NCBI GenBank assembly: GCA_976551045.1
Contig: CDPCPM010000239.1
Span: forward strand, 5,456,001 to 5,520,000
DNA: 64,000 nucleotides
Reading direction: 5' to 3'
Source: Glaucostegus cemiculus
Taxonomy: Eukaryota
Shown: positions 24,626 through 37,199 of the stretch, piece by piece
How the letters are laid out: each line of letters begins with the position of its first letter
Position numbering within the stretch: the stretch's first letter is position 1
The notes under the pieces: model-generated
What the model was told of the DNA's origin: nothing
What the model saw: the letters and a program-made list of their open reading frames with translations, nothing else
The model's database searches: none
Translations under genes and position numbers: made by a program

Positions 24626-26384
24626 TATTCAGCTTAATCTTGTGGGAAGAAAAACGGGAATGTTGCTAATGGTGGCTGAAGCACTTTTCATCTGAAGAAT
24701 ATTGAGTCATCCCAAGTGACGCATATCCTGGGTCAGATGTAACTTAAAGTTTCTCCTGATGGCCCGAGCTATGTACTTGAACCCTTATTTCAATAAGACA
24801 CCTGCTCCACATTCAGCAAGATTTCTATTTCATGCACCAATAATTCTTATGACTTTCTGGATGAGATTGCTTATTATTCAGTTAGTTCTAAATTATAGAT
24901 AATTTTGTGCTGTGATGCCATTGTCACTGGAAATTGGGCCACTGTTGTCCAAGCTCACATTTACTTAGAACACTGTCAATCAATATAAAGGAGATAGGTT
25001 AATCCTAAACTGGATTAAAAACCACGAACCTGAAAGGAAAGAACAGCAGTCAAACAAGATAATTTTAACCTAATAAGTGGGAAACCCTTGAGATCAGGTT
25101 TTACACTCTGTTCAAAATTACTCTCCGTTATCTTCAATGGAGAGTAATTTGGTGGGGGTGGGGGATGTTTCGATTAGTCTGTTTCCCAGAAAAAAGCTTC
25201 ATGCAGTGTATCACTCAATGTCACTCCAGAGACATCAGGTTCCCTGGGCTTGAATGGGAAAAGCAGAAAGCAAAATTATTCCTAAATACTTTCTTTGCAG
25301 GTAACAGTAAGATTCATTCCAAGCAACAATACCCAGCTATGCGAGTATTAATGTTGTTAATCAGGCTTTAACTGCAGCACAGGATAAGAGCTGTCTTTCT
25401 GAGCCTGTTGGACTGACTGTATATAACAGCTATGACAAGAGGTTATGTTAAATCTACTCAACCACTCATGCAGGACTCATTCAGCTTGAATATTTTACCA
25501 CAAAATAATTGAGTTTACTACAAATTAACATTAAACGTTAGGCAGCTGTTAGCATGAAAATCAATACATGGATGTAAAAAAATCAACATTGGCACCCTGA
25601 GTGAAATTCCACTAATGTGGAAATATTCTAGTTAGTAATATTGGTAAATAAACAGATGCTTCAGGACCTTTGAGAGACATGAAAATCCAACAATTATCTC
25701 CTGCATATGTTTCTGCAGAAGATCAAATGGATAAAGAGGGAACTAATAGAGTGCATCACATATTTAAAAGAGGCAATGAAAATGTGACATTGTGAGCTGT
25801 AGTATCTTAACCCAAATGTGGGGAGAGGGGTAAAGAGAGAAAAATTAGAGAATTAATATAATATTGAAGCTGCCTCAGGAAATGGCAACTTGCCATGCTA
25901 TTTAAGTTGATCATAAGACACAGCTGGATAAAATTGGGAAAAAAGTCTCTGGCAATGACATTGTTATTTTGGCAAGTTTTAACACTGAAAAACTCTCTTA
26001 AGCTTAACTGTTGTGTCAGTTTGCTCTGTCACTTCAATTTGTCACAATGTTGACCCTCCCTGCACATCTCCAAACACTCTGATCCACTGTTTGACCAACA
26101 TACCCTAGAAGTGAAATATGGAGCCACTGATTTTCGGAAAGAGATGTTCATCAAAGACCCTGTTAAATTATATGGCATCTCTGAGATACAACATGACACA
26201 GCTCAAAAATGAGCAGATGGTTGTCAAGGATATGCTCATAGTAAACAACCAAAACAGAACAACAATTCACTTATTTTGTACTTGTTTGTGGAAATTTTCT
26301 GTTAGAGAAAGAGTGACTGCACTTCTGAACAACGTATTTGCTTTGAATGTTTGGAGCTATTTTGTAAATTATTATTTTTCTTTA

Positions 26385-26680
26385 TAATAGTGTAGAAGGG
26401 GGTCATTTAAACCATTGTATCCACACTGTCTAAAAATGCACTCTAAGTCTATGTCACTTCCCAGCTCTTGATCCATTGCACAGAAGGTCACATCTCCCCA
26501 AGTTCTCATCCAGGTGTGTTTTACAAGTGGGGACAGTTTTTGCCTCCACTCCTGTTCTGGCTGTGAGTTCCAACACCCCACCATTTGTGAGTGTTTTGTT
26601 TTCCCAACTGCTCATGCATCCTTCTGCCGTTTAACTTATATCTTTGCTAGTTGGTTACTGAGCTCTCTGCTAAATGAATT
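26385..26680 (-). mobile_element. CR1 LINE 3' end, continuing at 26905-27570 beyond a SINE insertion
   Basis: ORF 26372-26584 begins MVGCWNSQPEQ, matching the CR1 motif RVVxxWNxLP. Confidence 0.6.
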
Positions 26681-26699
26681 AGGTCTTTAACTTTACAAC

Positions 26700-26905
26700 T
26701 TATACAGTAGCAGGCCCTTCTGGCCTAACGAGATTGCGCCGCTCAATTACACCCAAGTCAATCTACTAACCTGTATGTCTTTGGAATGTGGGAGCACCCA
26801 GAGAAAACTCATGCAGTCACGGGGAGAACGTACAAACTCCTTACAGACAGCGGCAGGAATTGAACCTCGATTGCTGGCGCTGTAATAGCGTTACACTAAC
26901 TAGTA
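26700..26905 (-). mobile_element. tRNA-derived V-SINE with a CR1-type tail (HE1-related)
   Basis: The reverse complement shows the head 'gttagtgtaacgctattacagcgccagc...ggttcaattcc' (B box), the V domain 'ggagtttgtacgttctccccgtgactgc...cccacattccaaagac' and the tail 'ggccagaagggcctg'. Confidence 0.85.
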
Positions 26906-27570
26906 AGCCTCCTTTGTTCCAAAGGAGTCAACCCCAGCTAAGACAGGTTCTCCTCATAAGCAAAATTCTCCAGCCCTGGTAGCATCTTTGATAATATCTC
27001 CTCCTCACAATTTCTCATGGGATCATATCCTACCTGAAGTGTGGTGACCAGTACTGCACCTATTGTTCTTGCTGTGGCCTATCTTGTGTCTTTATACATT
27101 TTTTCTCCATATTATCTTCCTGTATTGCCACTTTTGGGATATGTGGGCATCCACTTCAAGATCTCTCTGATCCATTAGACTTCTTCGTTTGAAGAACTTG
27201 CCTTGTTCGCCCTCCCCAAATGCTTTCCTCCACAGTTTGCTGGACTGAATTCCATTTGCCACATTTTTTTATCCACTTTGTCTATTAATACCTTCCTGCA
27301 ACCTTGAACTTCCTTCTTCACCATTGACCACATTGGCAATTTTGGTGCCATTGCCAACTTTGTTGATTGTGGCCTCCACATACAATCTAACTTCCTTAAA
27401 ATACCATGATAAACATATAGTCCAGTACTGAGCCCTGCCAACTCCCACTGCATGTGTTCTTTCAGTCAGTAAAGTTCTTGTTGACCATTACTCTTTGTTC
27501 TCTGCCACTGAGACAATTTTTAATCCATCTTGCCACTTCCCCTTGGTTCCCAGAACTTTTATTCTCTTGA
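26905..27570 (-). mobile_element. Decayed CR1 LINE RT region
   Basis: ORF 27175-27453 contains STKLAMAPKL (SKFADDTKL) and WQMEFSPANCGGKHLGRAN (WQMEFNxxKCEVxHFGRxN). Confidence 0.75.
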
Positions 27571-29159
27571 TATTCAGGAAGGAGCTTTGTTAGAGACCAT
27601 CAACTTTGATTAACACCCTGACCAAAGTCTTGAAGGTTCAATCTCTCCCTCTGCCCCTATCTCTCAACACCCCAATCAGAAAGAGCCAATGAGAGTGTGA
27701 AGAGCAATAAATCAGCTTCCAATGTAGGCAGCCTGCCAGCTTTGTCCCGGCTGTTCATTTACATGATCACTGCATTAATCTACATGTTTATTTGTGGCAA
27801 GGTGGAACAGGGGTCCAAAATGGTGAGTGATTAGCACCACTTAAAGGTATGACTGTGCTATGTAACAGAATTTCAACAGAATATTGATCGCTGGGTATGA
27901 TTGGGTTCTTACCACAACTGTTATAAAGTATGATCTTCAGTCTTTTGATACTCTATCCATGCAGCTCATTACAACACAGAGGCACCTGGACCTACACCCA
28001 TGGGCATGGAAAGCACTTCTGGATGCTGCTCGTGAACTCTGCTCAAATGCACGTGGTCTGCAAATACCATGGGCCACTTGACAGAGGCACACCTCCATAT
28101 GAGAGGACATCTTCAACTATTCTTATGGCAAAATGCCTGAGCAGGTTCTGTTCTGTGGAATCTGGTGCTGGGAACCCAGTACAAATAGGTGCCCCTTAAT
28201 TGACTCCTCACTGCTGCCTTCTCTTTGGGTCTCCAACACTCAATATTACCCCCCACCCCACCTGATCACATCTTCCCTCCAATCAGCTGCAACTAAACCT
28301 TCCCCTCCACCAATTCCCTGACAACGCACAAGGGTTCAAACCCCATTCCCTTCCTCCTGACATCCCAACACTACACCCCATCTATAGAAATTCTCGACAT
28401 TGCAAATGCTTTCACATTGGCACAGAGGCATTCTGTGACCTGAGATATGGTATCCACCACTCACTCCAGAATTCATGCCATGAATGGATGTGTGCACATC
28501 AGTCACCATCTTGGTCAAATTCAGGATCCAAAGCACCCTGAAAGGTACACGTCACAGAGCGACATACTGCAAGTGATATCACAATTGTCCAAGAACTGGC
28601 ATTAAAGACTCTTCACCGTGGTTGACTGGCCAATTTTTCCAAGAAAGGAGAACTGGATGGTGCTCAGGCAGGAAAGAAAGAAGTAATATGTTGAAGAGAA
28701 TCATAAAAATACCTTCGTCATCACAATCTGAAATGAGTGAATACTATCTAACCAACAAAAGTCCTGCTCACGTTGACCACAAGTGTTCCTGTAATTCTTT
28801 TTATCATCATACAGTCAAATGCTTTGCTAAAATATGATTCAGCTATTAAGAACAATGCAGAGTTGAATCAATGAACATTTATGATACTCTTGACAATTCA
28901 ATTTTTGTGTAAAATAACAATTGCACAGATTCAAGAGCATGATTGTTTTTGTATTCTCAAAGTAATCCACGAAAATCATTTCTAGACAGTTGCATTGCCA
29001 CGCAAATGGTTTACAATGTGTGAATGACGTGGTGACAGCAGAGGGGAGGTCTTCAAGATGTTGTCATGGCTGAAGAAATTTAGTTTTGAGGAAACTGGCT
29101 GGTTGGGGATGTTTTCTTCAAAACAGAAGAGGTTGAAGGGAGACCGTTGGAAATACAGG

Positions 29160-29710
29160 GAAGCCATCTGGCTCCATGTGCCGGCTCCATGCAACAAAAT
29201 CATGGCTGATCTTTTACCTCCCAACCACACGTTTCTTGATTTGCCTTAATGTCTAAAAGTCATTTGATCATACTTAGTGACTGAACCACAACAGCCCTCT
29301 TGGACAGGGAATTCCAAAGATTTTCCACTCTCTGGATGAAAAACATTCCTTCTCACCTCTGGATAATCCTTACCCTGAGACAGTGAATCCTGGTTCTGGG
29401 CATCTGAGCTTGCAGAAATATCAACTATGTACCTACCCTGTCAAACACCATAAGAATGTTATGTGTTCCAACAAGATCTCTCTCATTCTTCTAAATTCAA
29501 ATGAATGCAGATCTTGTCTACTTATTCTCTCATCACACAAATGCCCACCAGCTCAGGAATCAATATGGTGAACCTTCACCGCACTTTGTCTATCTCGAAT
29601 GTGTAGGTAGAGAGACCAGATCTATACACAATATAGTCTAATTAGGCCTCTACAAAAATGAAAACAAGATGTCACTATAATTGTACTCAAATCCTTTTGC
29701 AATGAAGGCC
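29160..29710 (-). mobile_element. CR1/HER1 LINE 3' portion, host of a younger opposite-strand CR1
   Basis: 'aagccatctggctcc...atcatggctgatc...gggaattccaaagattttccactctctggatgaaaaacattcc...ctctcattcttctaaa'. It continues at 30060-30445. Confidence 0.75.
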
Positions 29711-30060
29711 TGGATAGAGTGGACGTGGAGAGGATGTTTCCAACAGTGGGAGAGTCTAGGCCCAGAGGGCGCAGCCTCAGAATAGAAGGACGTCCCTTCA
29801 GAACGGAGATGAGGAGGAACTTCTTTCACCAGAAGATGGTGAATCTGTGAAATTCACCACCACAGACGGCTGTGGAGGCTAAGTCCTTGGGTATATTTGA
29901 AGCGGAGGTTGCTAGGTTCTTGATTAGTAAGGGTGTCAAAGGTTGCGGGGAGAAGACAGGAGAATGGGGTTGAGAGGGAAAAATAAATCAGCCATGATTG
30001 AACAGTGGAGTGGACTCATTGGGCCAAATGGTCTAATTCTTTTCCTCTATCTTATGGCCT
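29711..30060 (+). mobile_element. Relatively young 5'-truncated CR1/HER1 LINE
   Basis: It translates near-intact as DRVDVERMFPTVGESRPRGRSLRIEGRPFRTEMRRNFFHQKMVNL and retains CpGs. The tail is 'atcagccatgattgaacag...tcttatgg'. Confidence 0.9.
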
Positions 30061-30445
30061 AATGGACCACTTGTCTTCCTAAATGCTTGCTGGACCTGCA
30101 CATTAACTCTCAGTGGTTTGAATGCAAGGACAACCAGGTACTGATGAACACCGACATCATTCAGTCTCTCACTCGTTCAAATAAAATCTCCCACTTGCTA
30201 ATTTTCTGCCAAAGTAGATGAACTTACATTTTTTTTCCATGGTACATTTCATCTGCCATGTGCTTGTACATTTGTTTAACCTTCCCATATCCCCCTAAAG
30301 TCTCTTGGCATCCTCTCCATCACCCCCATAACCTACACTTTCATTTGGCCTTGTAACATCAGCAACTTTGGATATACTACATTAGTCCAAATTATTGATG
30401 GAGATTCTGAACAACAGGGGCCTGAGCACTGATCCTTCAACACCC
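30060..30445 (-). mobile_element. CR1 LINE RT fragment, continuation of 29160-29710
   Basis: 'cttcctaaatgcttgctggacctgcac...catttcatctgcca...aacatcagcaacttt...cctgagcactgatcctt' is the reverse complement of the QGSVLGP, FADD and WQM regions. Confidence 0.7.
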
Positions 30446-33322
30446 AACTCTGGAGGTTAACCGAAGAGCAAAAAAATTATGAGAGATTGAGGAAGGATAA
30501 TAAAGGAAGGGCCCTTCTGTTAACAAGGAGGCTTTAGAATAGTTAATAAGGATTTAGAAATAATTAATAAGGATTCAAAAAATGATGGTAGTTTGGAATT
30601 GCCTGATAGGATAGAGAAGGCTAAAAACTTTGGTCCCATTTGAGATGTACCTCGTGAGCAGTTGATGTGCCGTAACCAGCAAGGATATGGACTGAGACCT
30701 GGCAGGCAAACGTATCTGAAAACTTGTTTCTCATTTGGAAGGGACAACATGGACAAAGTGGTCTATAACATTGTGGTAGATTTCTATGTTCCTATGTTGA
30801 GATTAAATGATGTCAGCCCTCAATTTTCCCCATCAAGATATGTTAATTGGACTGGTGGTTTAGTCCAAGTGAGAATTTTTAGCTCCATGGCAAATCCGTA
30901 ATGGTGAAACATATTCTGCCCGAAGAACTATGAGCAGTGGTTGAAAGTAGTGATCGTAATCTTAATGTTTGCAAGATCTGAACTACGTTTCATTTTTTTT
31001 CCAGTGCTTACATGTTTAAAATATTATTCAGTTACTTAAGGTTTCATTGGCTCTGTGACCAACAATGCAGTCACCTCATCAAAACATTGCTCAACTTAAG
31101 TCTTCATTTGGGGGATGTTTACATTGCAGCTGAATGGATATAAAGCCCACATGTTGAAAGTGTTTTTCAACTACTTTGCAATTAACTAATGCAGCAAATA
31201 GAAGGGTAATTAGAATTTTATAACTATTATCTCATGTAATGGACAAAATTGCAACTGCACTGTTAAATACTGAGTACCTTTTGTGTCCCTCCAATTTACA
31301 GAGACATTTACAACCTTGGCTTTTGAGAATATTTCCACAGTGTCATAACAAACTAGAATTACTACGAGTCAAGCCACCCACTGAATCTCAAGGCACAGCA
31401 ACTGAGAGCAGCCATTTAATTGGCTAATTTTGTTGCACTAACTCAGTTTGCAATTGGGTTAAATTAGTGCACAGAGCTGGGTGAGGTCTGCAGACTGCCT
31501 GTTCCTGTTGCTGAAAGCCTACATTTACTTTGCTTGACACTTCCTGATTCAAATGATGCATTTGCTCAATACCAAAGGGAATTGAAGAAGGCAGTTCAAA
31601 CAGAGAAGCTCAGAGTGAGACAACCCCAAATGCTTTGGAATTACCAATTATTTAATACATAAATTTATTTAACATGTTGTAAAGCTATCCAAGTTCAAGC
31701 AGTTAATACACATCCAGACATGTTTGCAATTTTTCACAATCAATGCTATGAAATTTAGTTAGCAATAAATATGAACACAAACTCTACATTCTGCCAATTC
31801 TGCCCTGATTGACTATCCATTAAACGATTTAATGGCTCCACTACAAATACTGCATAAGATAAAGATACATTTGTAATTCATTACTGGCTGCCTTAAACCA
31901 ACGCTCGGAGAAACCCACAGGGAACAGAAGGAAAGCTCATTATGTATTAACGGTCCACCAGACTTATTGAAGGCAATATTATGCAGATATTAGTCACTGT
32001 AAGGATTACTCTTGTGAGTACTGGTGCTATTAGTATTAATGTTATTCTAATTTTATACCTAACATAATGCTTCACTGCAACAACAAATCTATTTGGAAGC
32101 AAAATATCTTAGTGGTTTGTTCCTGCAGACCACTTCAGCACAGGATTAACGTTAAGCAGAGTCTTATTATTTCCTTCCGCTTTAATATTTCCTGTCTATT
32201 TTCATTGCACTTTATCATTTTCAGCTTTTGAAGAAGTGACAGATCTTTCCTATTGTTGGTAAATTGCACCTTTATACCTTTTCCTAATATTTAACAGTAG
32301 ACCTGTCAATTGTCTGCAAGCTTCATTGAGGTACTGCTAGTGTGTCACGTTGAATACCGTATGGATTTTGAAGAAATCCAACTTCAGACCTCCAAAGTTA
32401 ATGAAGAGTGTATTTGTAGGTGCTGGGGTTGTGCTATTAGACAAACGGAAAGCAGACATCTTGAAATCAATTTAAATCAAGCACTTCTGAGATATCATTC
32501 ATTAACCAATGAAAACTGTATGATCATTGTTCTTTTCCAGGAAGCCTCGCATTCAACCATTGCCAACTAGAATTGACATAATTTGAAAGCAAAAGGAAAA
32601 TTCTGGTAATATTCTGATTAGGCAGCATCTATGGAGAGAGAAATTGAATCAACATGTTAGTTGATGACCTTTCATTAACAAGCAATGAAATCTACACCAG
32701 ACTTTCATCAACAAGAAGCTTGTCAGGGCAGAGAGTTGGATGGGTATAATAGCAGTGTTCAAAGGGAAGGGGAAATGCCTGAGAAGTTGGATGGTCACAG
32801 TTTCATGGAAATGGAATAAAGGAGTAGATATTCCTTATGGGCTATGTGAGTTTGTGATGGATATTGGTGGAAATATAATATGGCATGTATTAGGGCAGCA
32901 GGAAGAATTCTCCTTGTGCTCCTCAATACACCTTCCAAACCCATTATCAAGTAACCTTTTCATGTGGAATCACACTTTTCTTGTCCAAAGTTATATCTCT
33001 TTTCAGTTGCATGTTAAATTAAACTCAAACCTGCCTCACCACACCTTAATTAATGTCAAAAATTCCACTTACTGCAACTGAGACTAATGTGCACTGTTAC
33101 TATTTACTTCTCTCTCCACGGTGCTACCAATCTCTGGTTGAATATAAAAGCATCCTTACTGTAAAGTCAATGCACAGACACTGTTCATTTAAACTCAGTG
33201 GTTTATTGCTGAAACCTAATTTAATAAAGTGGATTCAATTTTGATGTCAACAATATTTGACTTAGTTGAAAAATGGCCTTTCACAAACCTTCAAGGAGGG
33301 AATAGCTTCAGCTACAAAATAT

Positions 33323-33460
33323 CAATATAAGCCTGGCACCATACTGAATAGCAGTTACAGTCGTATTCACCTCCCTTCATATCTAACATGTCTCACCTGT
33401 AAAACAATGCAATGAATACAGACTTGGTGTCATACTATTAACCACCACAGCACTTGTCTC
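33323..33460. repeat. 138-bp element, copy 1 of 2 (partner 46067-46204)
   Basis: Ungapped alignment by eye gives about 19 mismatches in 138 nt, in direct orientation. Confidence 0.9.
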
Positions 33461-35589
33461 CCTTTAACTAGGTTATTAACATCTTTCTGTTTCATTTCCC
33501 AGTTCTTTCATGTACAAATACATGGCCTTTACTTTTTTTCAGATTACTCTGAACAATGCATATAATCAGTAACAAAAAATACACAGGAGATATTAATCGT
33601 TCCCCTGACTTCATTTAGTGGAAGGACAGGAAAGAGGGAGATGGATAAAAATCTATGCACATCCTCCAGTTTTCAATGATTTTTTTCAGTATAACTATTG
33701 CTTCTCAGACGAATACTTTTGTCAACCATGCATGTCCCTTTTAATTTGATATTTTCTTCAAAACTCCACGTTATTTAATTTTTGTTTGGTAAAATTTGGG
33801 ATTTCTTTTCTACAGCAAACATGTTTTGGAAAGCTGAAGGCTTTCCAGCCTGAAAATCTCATCTCTGCAAAATTGTCCATTTCTTTATTTTATTTTGATT
33901 TCCGAAGTAATTACCTCATCATAATAACTGCTTCACGCTGGTCAGTAGCACACATTAAGGTGATATTAATCCTGTCTCTCCAATGTTCACTGGTGTAATT
34001 AGGTTTCACATTCCGGCTTTGTGTGTTGAACAATGCACATTCAGAAAATGGAGGTATATCAGAACTCCCATTACATGCATAATGATTAATGTTCAGCAAC
34101 TGAAATTATGAGTAAATGCTCTCTGTGTGTCTATAAATCTACTTTGGAGTATTCCAAACCCTCTATGGACTTAGCTGAATTTTAATTTAAGAGAATGATT
34201 TATTAATGGGTCCTTATTATAAATCATAAACTCTGAATATGGAACATTGGGGCACCTGCAAGTCAGCTTGTACTCAGTTACTCCGGTTTTGAACAGTCAG
34301 AATAAGGGAGTAGGCTCAAGTGAGTGCTTTTTAGAATTTACAATTCAACTTTCTCAAAAATGTACTAATTGGAAGTTTACTGATATGGATCCTGCACTGA
34401 TAATTCATTAGAATGTTTACCACATTCTTGTTATTCTCCCTGGTAGTATTAAAAATGTTTTGTTTAATACCTCCACGCTGGCGCATTGGACCCCAGCGTA
34501 AGATAATTGAGATATGAATTTGTTGTGCTCCACTGCTGGCAAAGCAATAACTCTTCCTTTCTCCTTGATATGATCGATGTAACATTCCCGCCATTGTCAA
34601 AACAATGAGGAATGAATTAGTCATTCACTGCATAACGATTCTCTAGTTTTCTGAACAGGATCATTTTTCTTACTTGAACTCAGTCTTGGTTCAATGAAAT
34701 AAACTGTTTGCAAACACTCCAAGAGCATTTTAGTTGATTTATTTCAAGAGAAGTTCAGAAGGGAGACAGCTTGCATCCCAAATGCAAACTAAATGTTGAA
34801 GCACAGTGTCACGGGGTAGGGTCGGACAGATATCATTCATTCCTAACTCTTCTTTGCTCCACTCTACTAAATTGCCAGTTCTAGGTGCATGAGATAGCAA
34901 AGGGAAGTCATGAGCAGTGAGAGTTTCAAAACTGCCATGGGAGTGCTTCTAAGTACTTTCCAGCATTATTTACAGAACAATACAGGCACAGAGACCAAAT
35001 CCTCTTGTGTTAAAAAATGTGCAGATGATTGGAGGTTCCTGGGCATTATTTTCTGATTTTTCTGCTCGATGTGGTCAATATTAAGGTCAGTTTATTTTGT
35101 TGTACACATACAAATGATGTAAAACATGCTTGTGCATAGAACATATAATGGCTGGCAGCAAACTTAAGAAAAGTTTGATTTAAGATGTTAGTCTTGGGAT
35201 CACTTTGACAACATAAATGTCTTCATTTATTTTGTTATAAGTTTAGTAAATGAGGCAAATTTTGGAATATACATGGAACTTGTAATTACCCATTATCCAT
35301 GTGAATCCTCAATAGCTGTAGCAGTATCCAGCTGCTAAATTTATAACAGGTTTAAAATTCTGTTTAATTAAAAAATAATACTCTTAGTGAAAGTTGCACT
35401 TGAAATATGAACTAAAAGCATTTGCCCTTCAAATTTTGATTGCAAGCTTTGACAGCTCTATTATGAAGAGAATATCTCGCAATTAGTCCACTTGTATTCA
35501 CATAACATTCCATGGCCCAGCAGTTGATGGAACCTCCAAACTGTTTATTTTTAATGAGTAAGTGTTCCTGTTAAAATAACAGATGTGAC

Positions 35590-35900
35590 ACTCAAAACAA
35601 AAACAGAAAATGTTGGAAATACTCAACAAGTCAGGCCACATATGTGGGAAGATGTATTTAGTTTTTCCAGCATGTTTGTGTTTTAGATTTCCTGGAGTAT
35701 TTTTTGATTTTCACCCTCTTGTTGAATATTCATTTACTTGTTCAATTCACTGCCACTTAACTTCCAGAAATGCCTTAACCCTAAGAAGGTCTACTCTGCT
35801 CTCTGAGGGGACTTCTATCTGTCTCCCTTCCCACAGACATGACCTAACCTGCTGAGTATTTCCAATATTTTATATTTTTGTTTCAGATTACCAGAATTGT
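35590..35900. mobile_element. Palindromic Penelope-like element(s)
   Basis: 'aaaacagaaaatgttggaaatactcaacaagtcagg' pairs with 'cctaacctgctgagtatttccaatattttatatttttg'. Confidence 0.65.
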
Positions 35901-35957
35901 GTTTTTTTTTTGCTTTTCACTTACAATGTGACACTCATTTGTTGATTGTTAAGATGC

Positions 35958-36248
35958 AGGCACGGTAGTGTAGCGGTTAGCGTAATGCTATTACAGTGCC
36001 GGCAACCTGGGTTCAATTCCGGCCACTGTCTGTAAGGAATTTGTATGTTCCTCCCATATCTGTGTAAGTTTCCTCCGGGTGCTCCGGTTCCTTCCACATT
36101 CCAAAGATGTACGAGTTAGGAGTTTTGGGCATGCTACGCTGGCGCCGGACACGTGGTGACACTTGTGGGCTGCCCCCAGAACACTCTACGCAAAAGATGC
36201 ATTTCACTGTGTGTTTCAATGTACGTATGACTAATAAAGATATCTTAG
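35958..36248 (+). mobile_element. Near full-length tRNA-derived V-SINE with a Rex1-like tail
   Basis: A box 'tagtgtagcgg', B box 'ggttcaattcc', V domain 'gtttcctccgggtgctccggttccttccacattccaaaga', and tail 'catttcactgtgtgtttcaatgtacgtatgactaataaagatatctta'. Confidence 0.9.
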
Positions 36249-37199
36249 AATTTATAAGCAGTAATTTCTATGTTTTGTTTTCTGAACTCCTTAGAGTTGT
36301 TCTTCCCCTTACCTTGTTTCACTAATTGTGGAAGTTAAGTAAATAATTTGGTTAGATGCCTTTGTTTATTTCTGTGGGGAAAGAGGTTATCACTGATGAT
36401 GCAAGCATTCCTTGTCCGTCCTTAATTGCCCCTGAACTGAGGATGCTGTTAAGAGTTGACCACATTGATGCAAACACATAAGCATTTGTATTCACACAAT
36501 CATACATCTGATATTCAGTGTTCTACCATCATAACCCCTCAAAGAAGGGGCTGATGAATGGCAAAGCAAAATATATGAACACTAGGATAATTTTTTAATG
36601 GATTAAGTGTTACAAGAATTCACTGCCTGTCCTCTGCTTAGACTCCAGCATTATTTTATTACAAGTTTGGCACAGTGCCCACACATTTACTGTAATGCTT
36701 GTTTAAATTCCCTATTGATATTGACTGTGCTTGTTACCTTCTGCTATCATTGCTTTTTTTTAAGATCAGTTAAAACAAAACAAATAATATCTGCCACACA
36801 AACTTCATGTTATCAGAATAGTACCTCTGTTGCAAGTAGCAGCTTTGAAACTATCCCTATGTGACAATGCCTCTTACTAACTTGAAAAATCTCCTAAAAC
36901 CAATCATTGTAGTTTCAATTTGTTTTTATATATCTCCTCTCTCCCTCTCTAACAATTCTCAAATAAGGAGCCATTCAAGAATTGAGGTATATTTAACCGC
37001 AAATGCAATTGCAATTTAGCCTCGATCTGTTCTTCTGTCTCTTTCCGTGTGTATTCCTGAGAATGTTCATGAGAAAACCAATCTAGAACAGGACATTCAC
37101 TGGTTTACATTCTATGAATGAAAAATATTGAAGTCCATTGGAGACAACATTTAATTCATCAGATGTGATCATCTATCTCAGAGAAAGCCAGGGAAGCAG

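Noticed and set aside
33360-33425. Pre-miRNA or immunoglobulin leader exon interpretation of the duplicated element
   Set aside because: The stem pairs well for only about 7-9 bp. The putative leader is short and weakly hydrophobic, and no V exon or RSS follows in either copy.
35958-36030. tRNA gene
   Set aside because: A and B boxes are present, but the sequence runs into a V domain and LINE-type tail and does not form a full cloverleaf. It is a SINE head.
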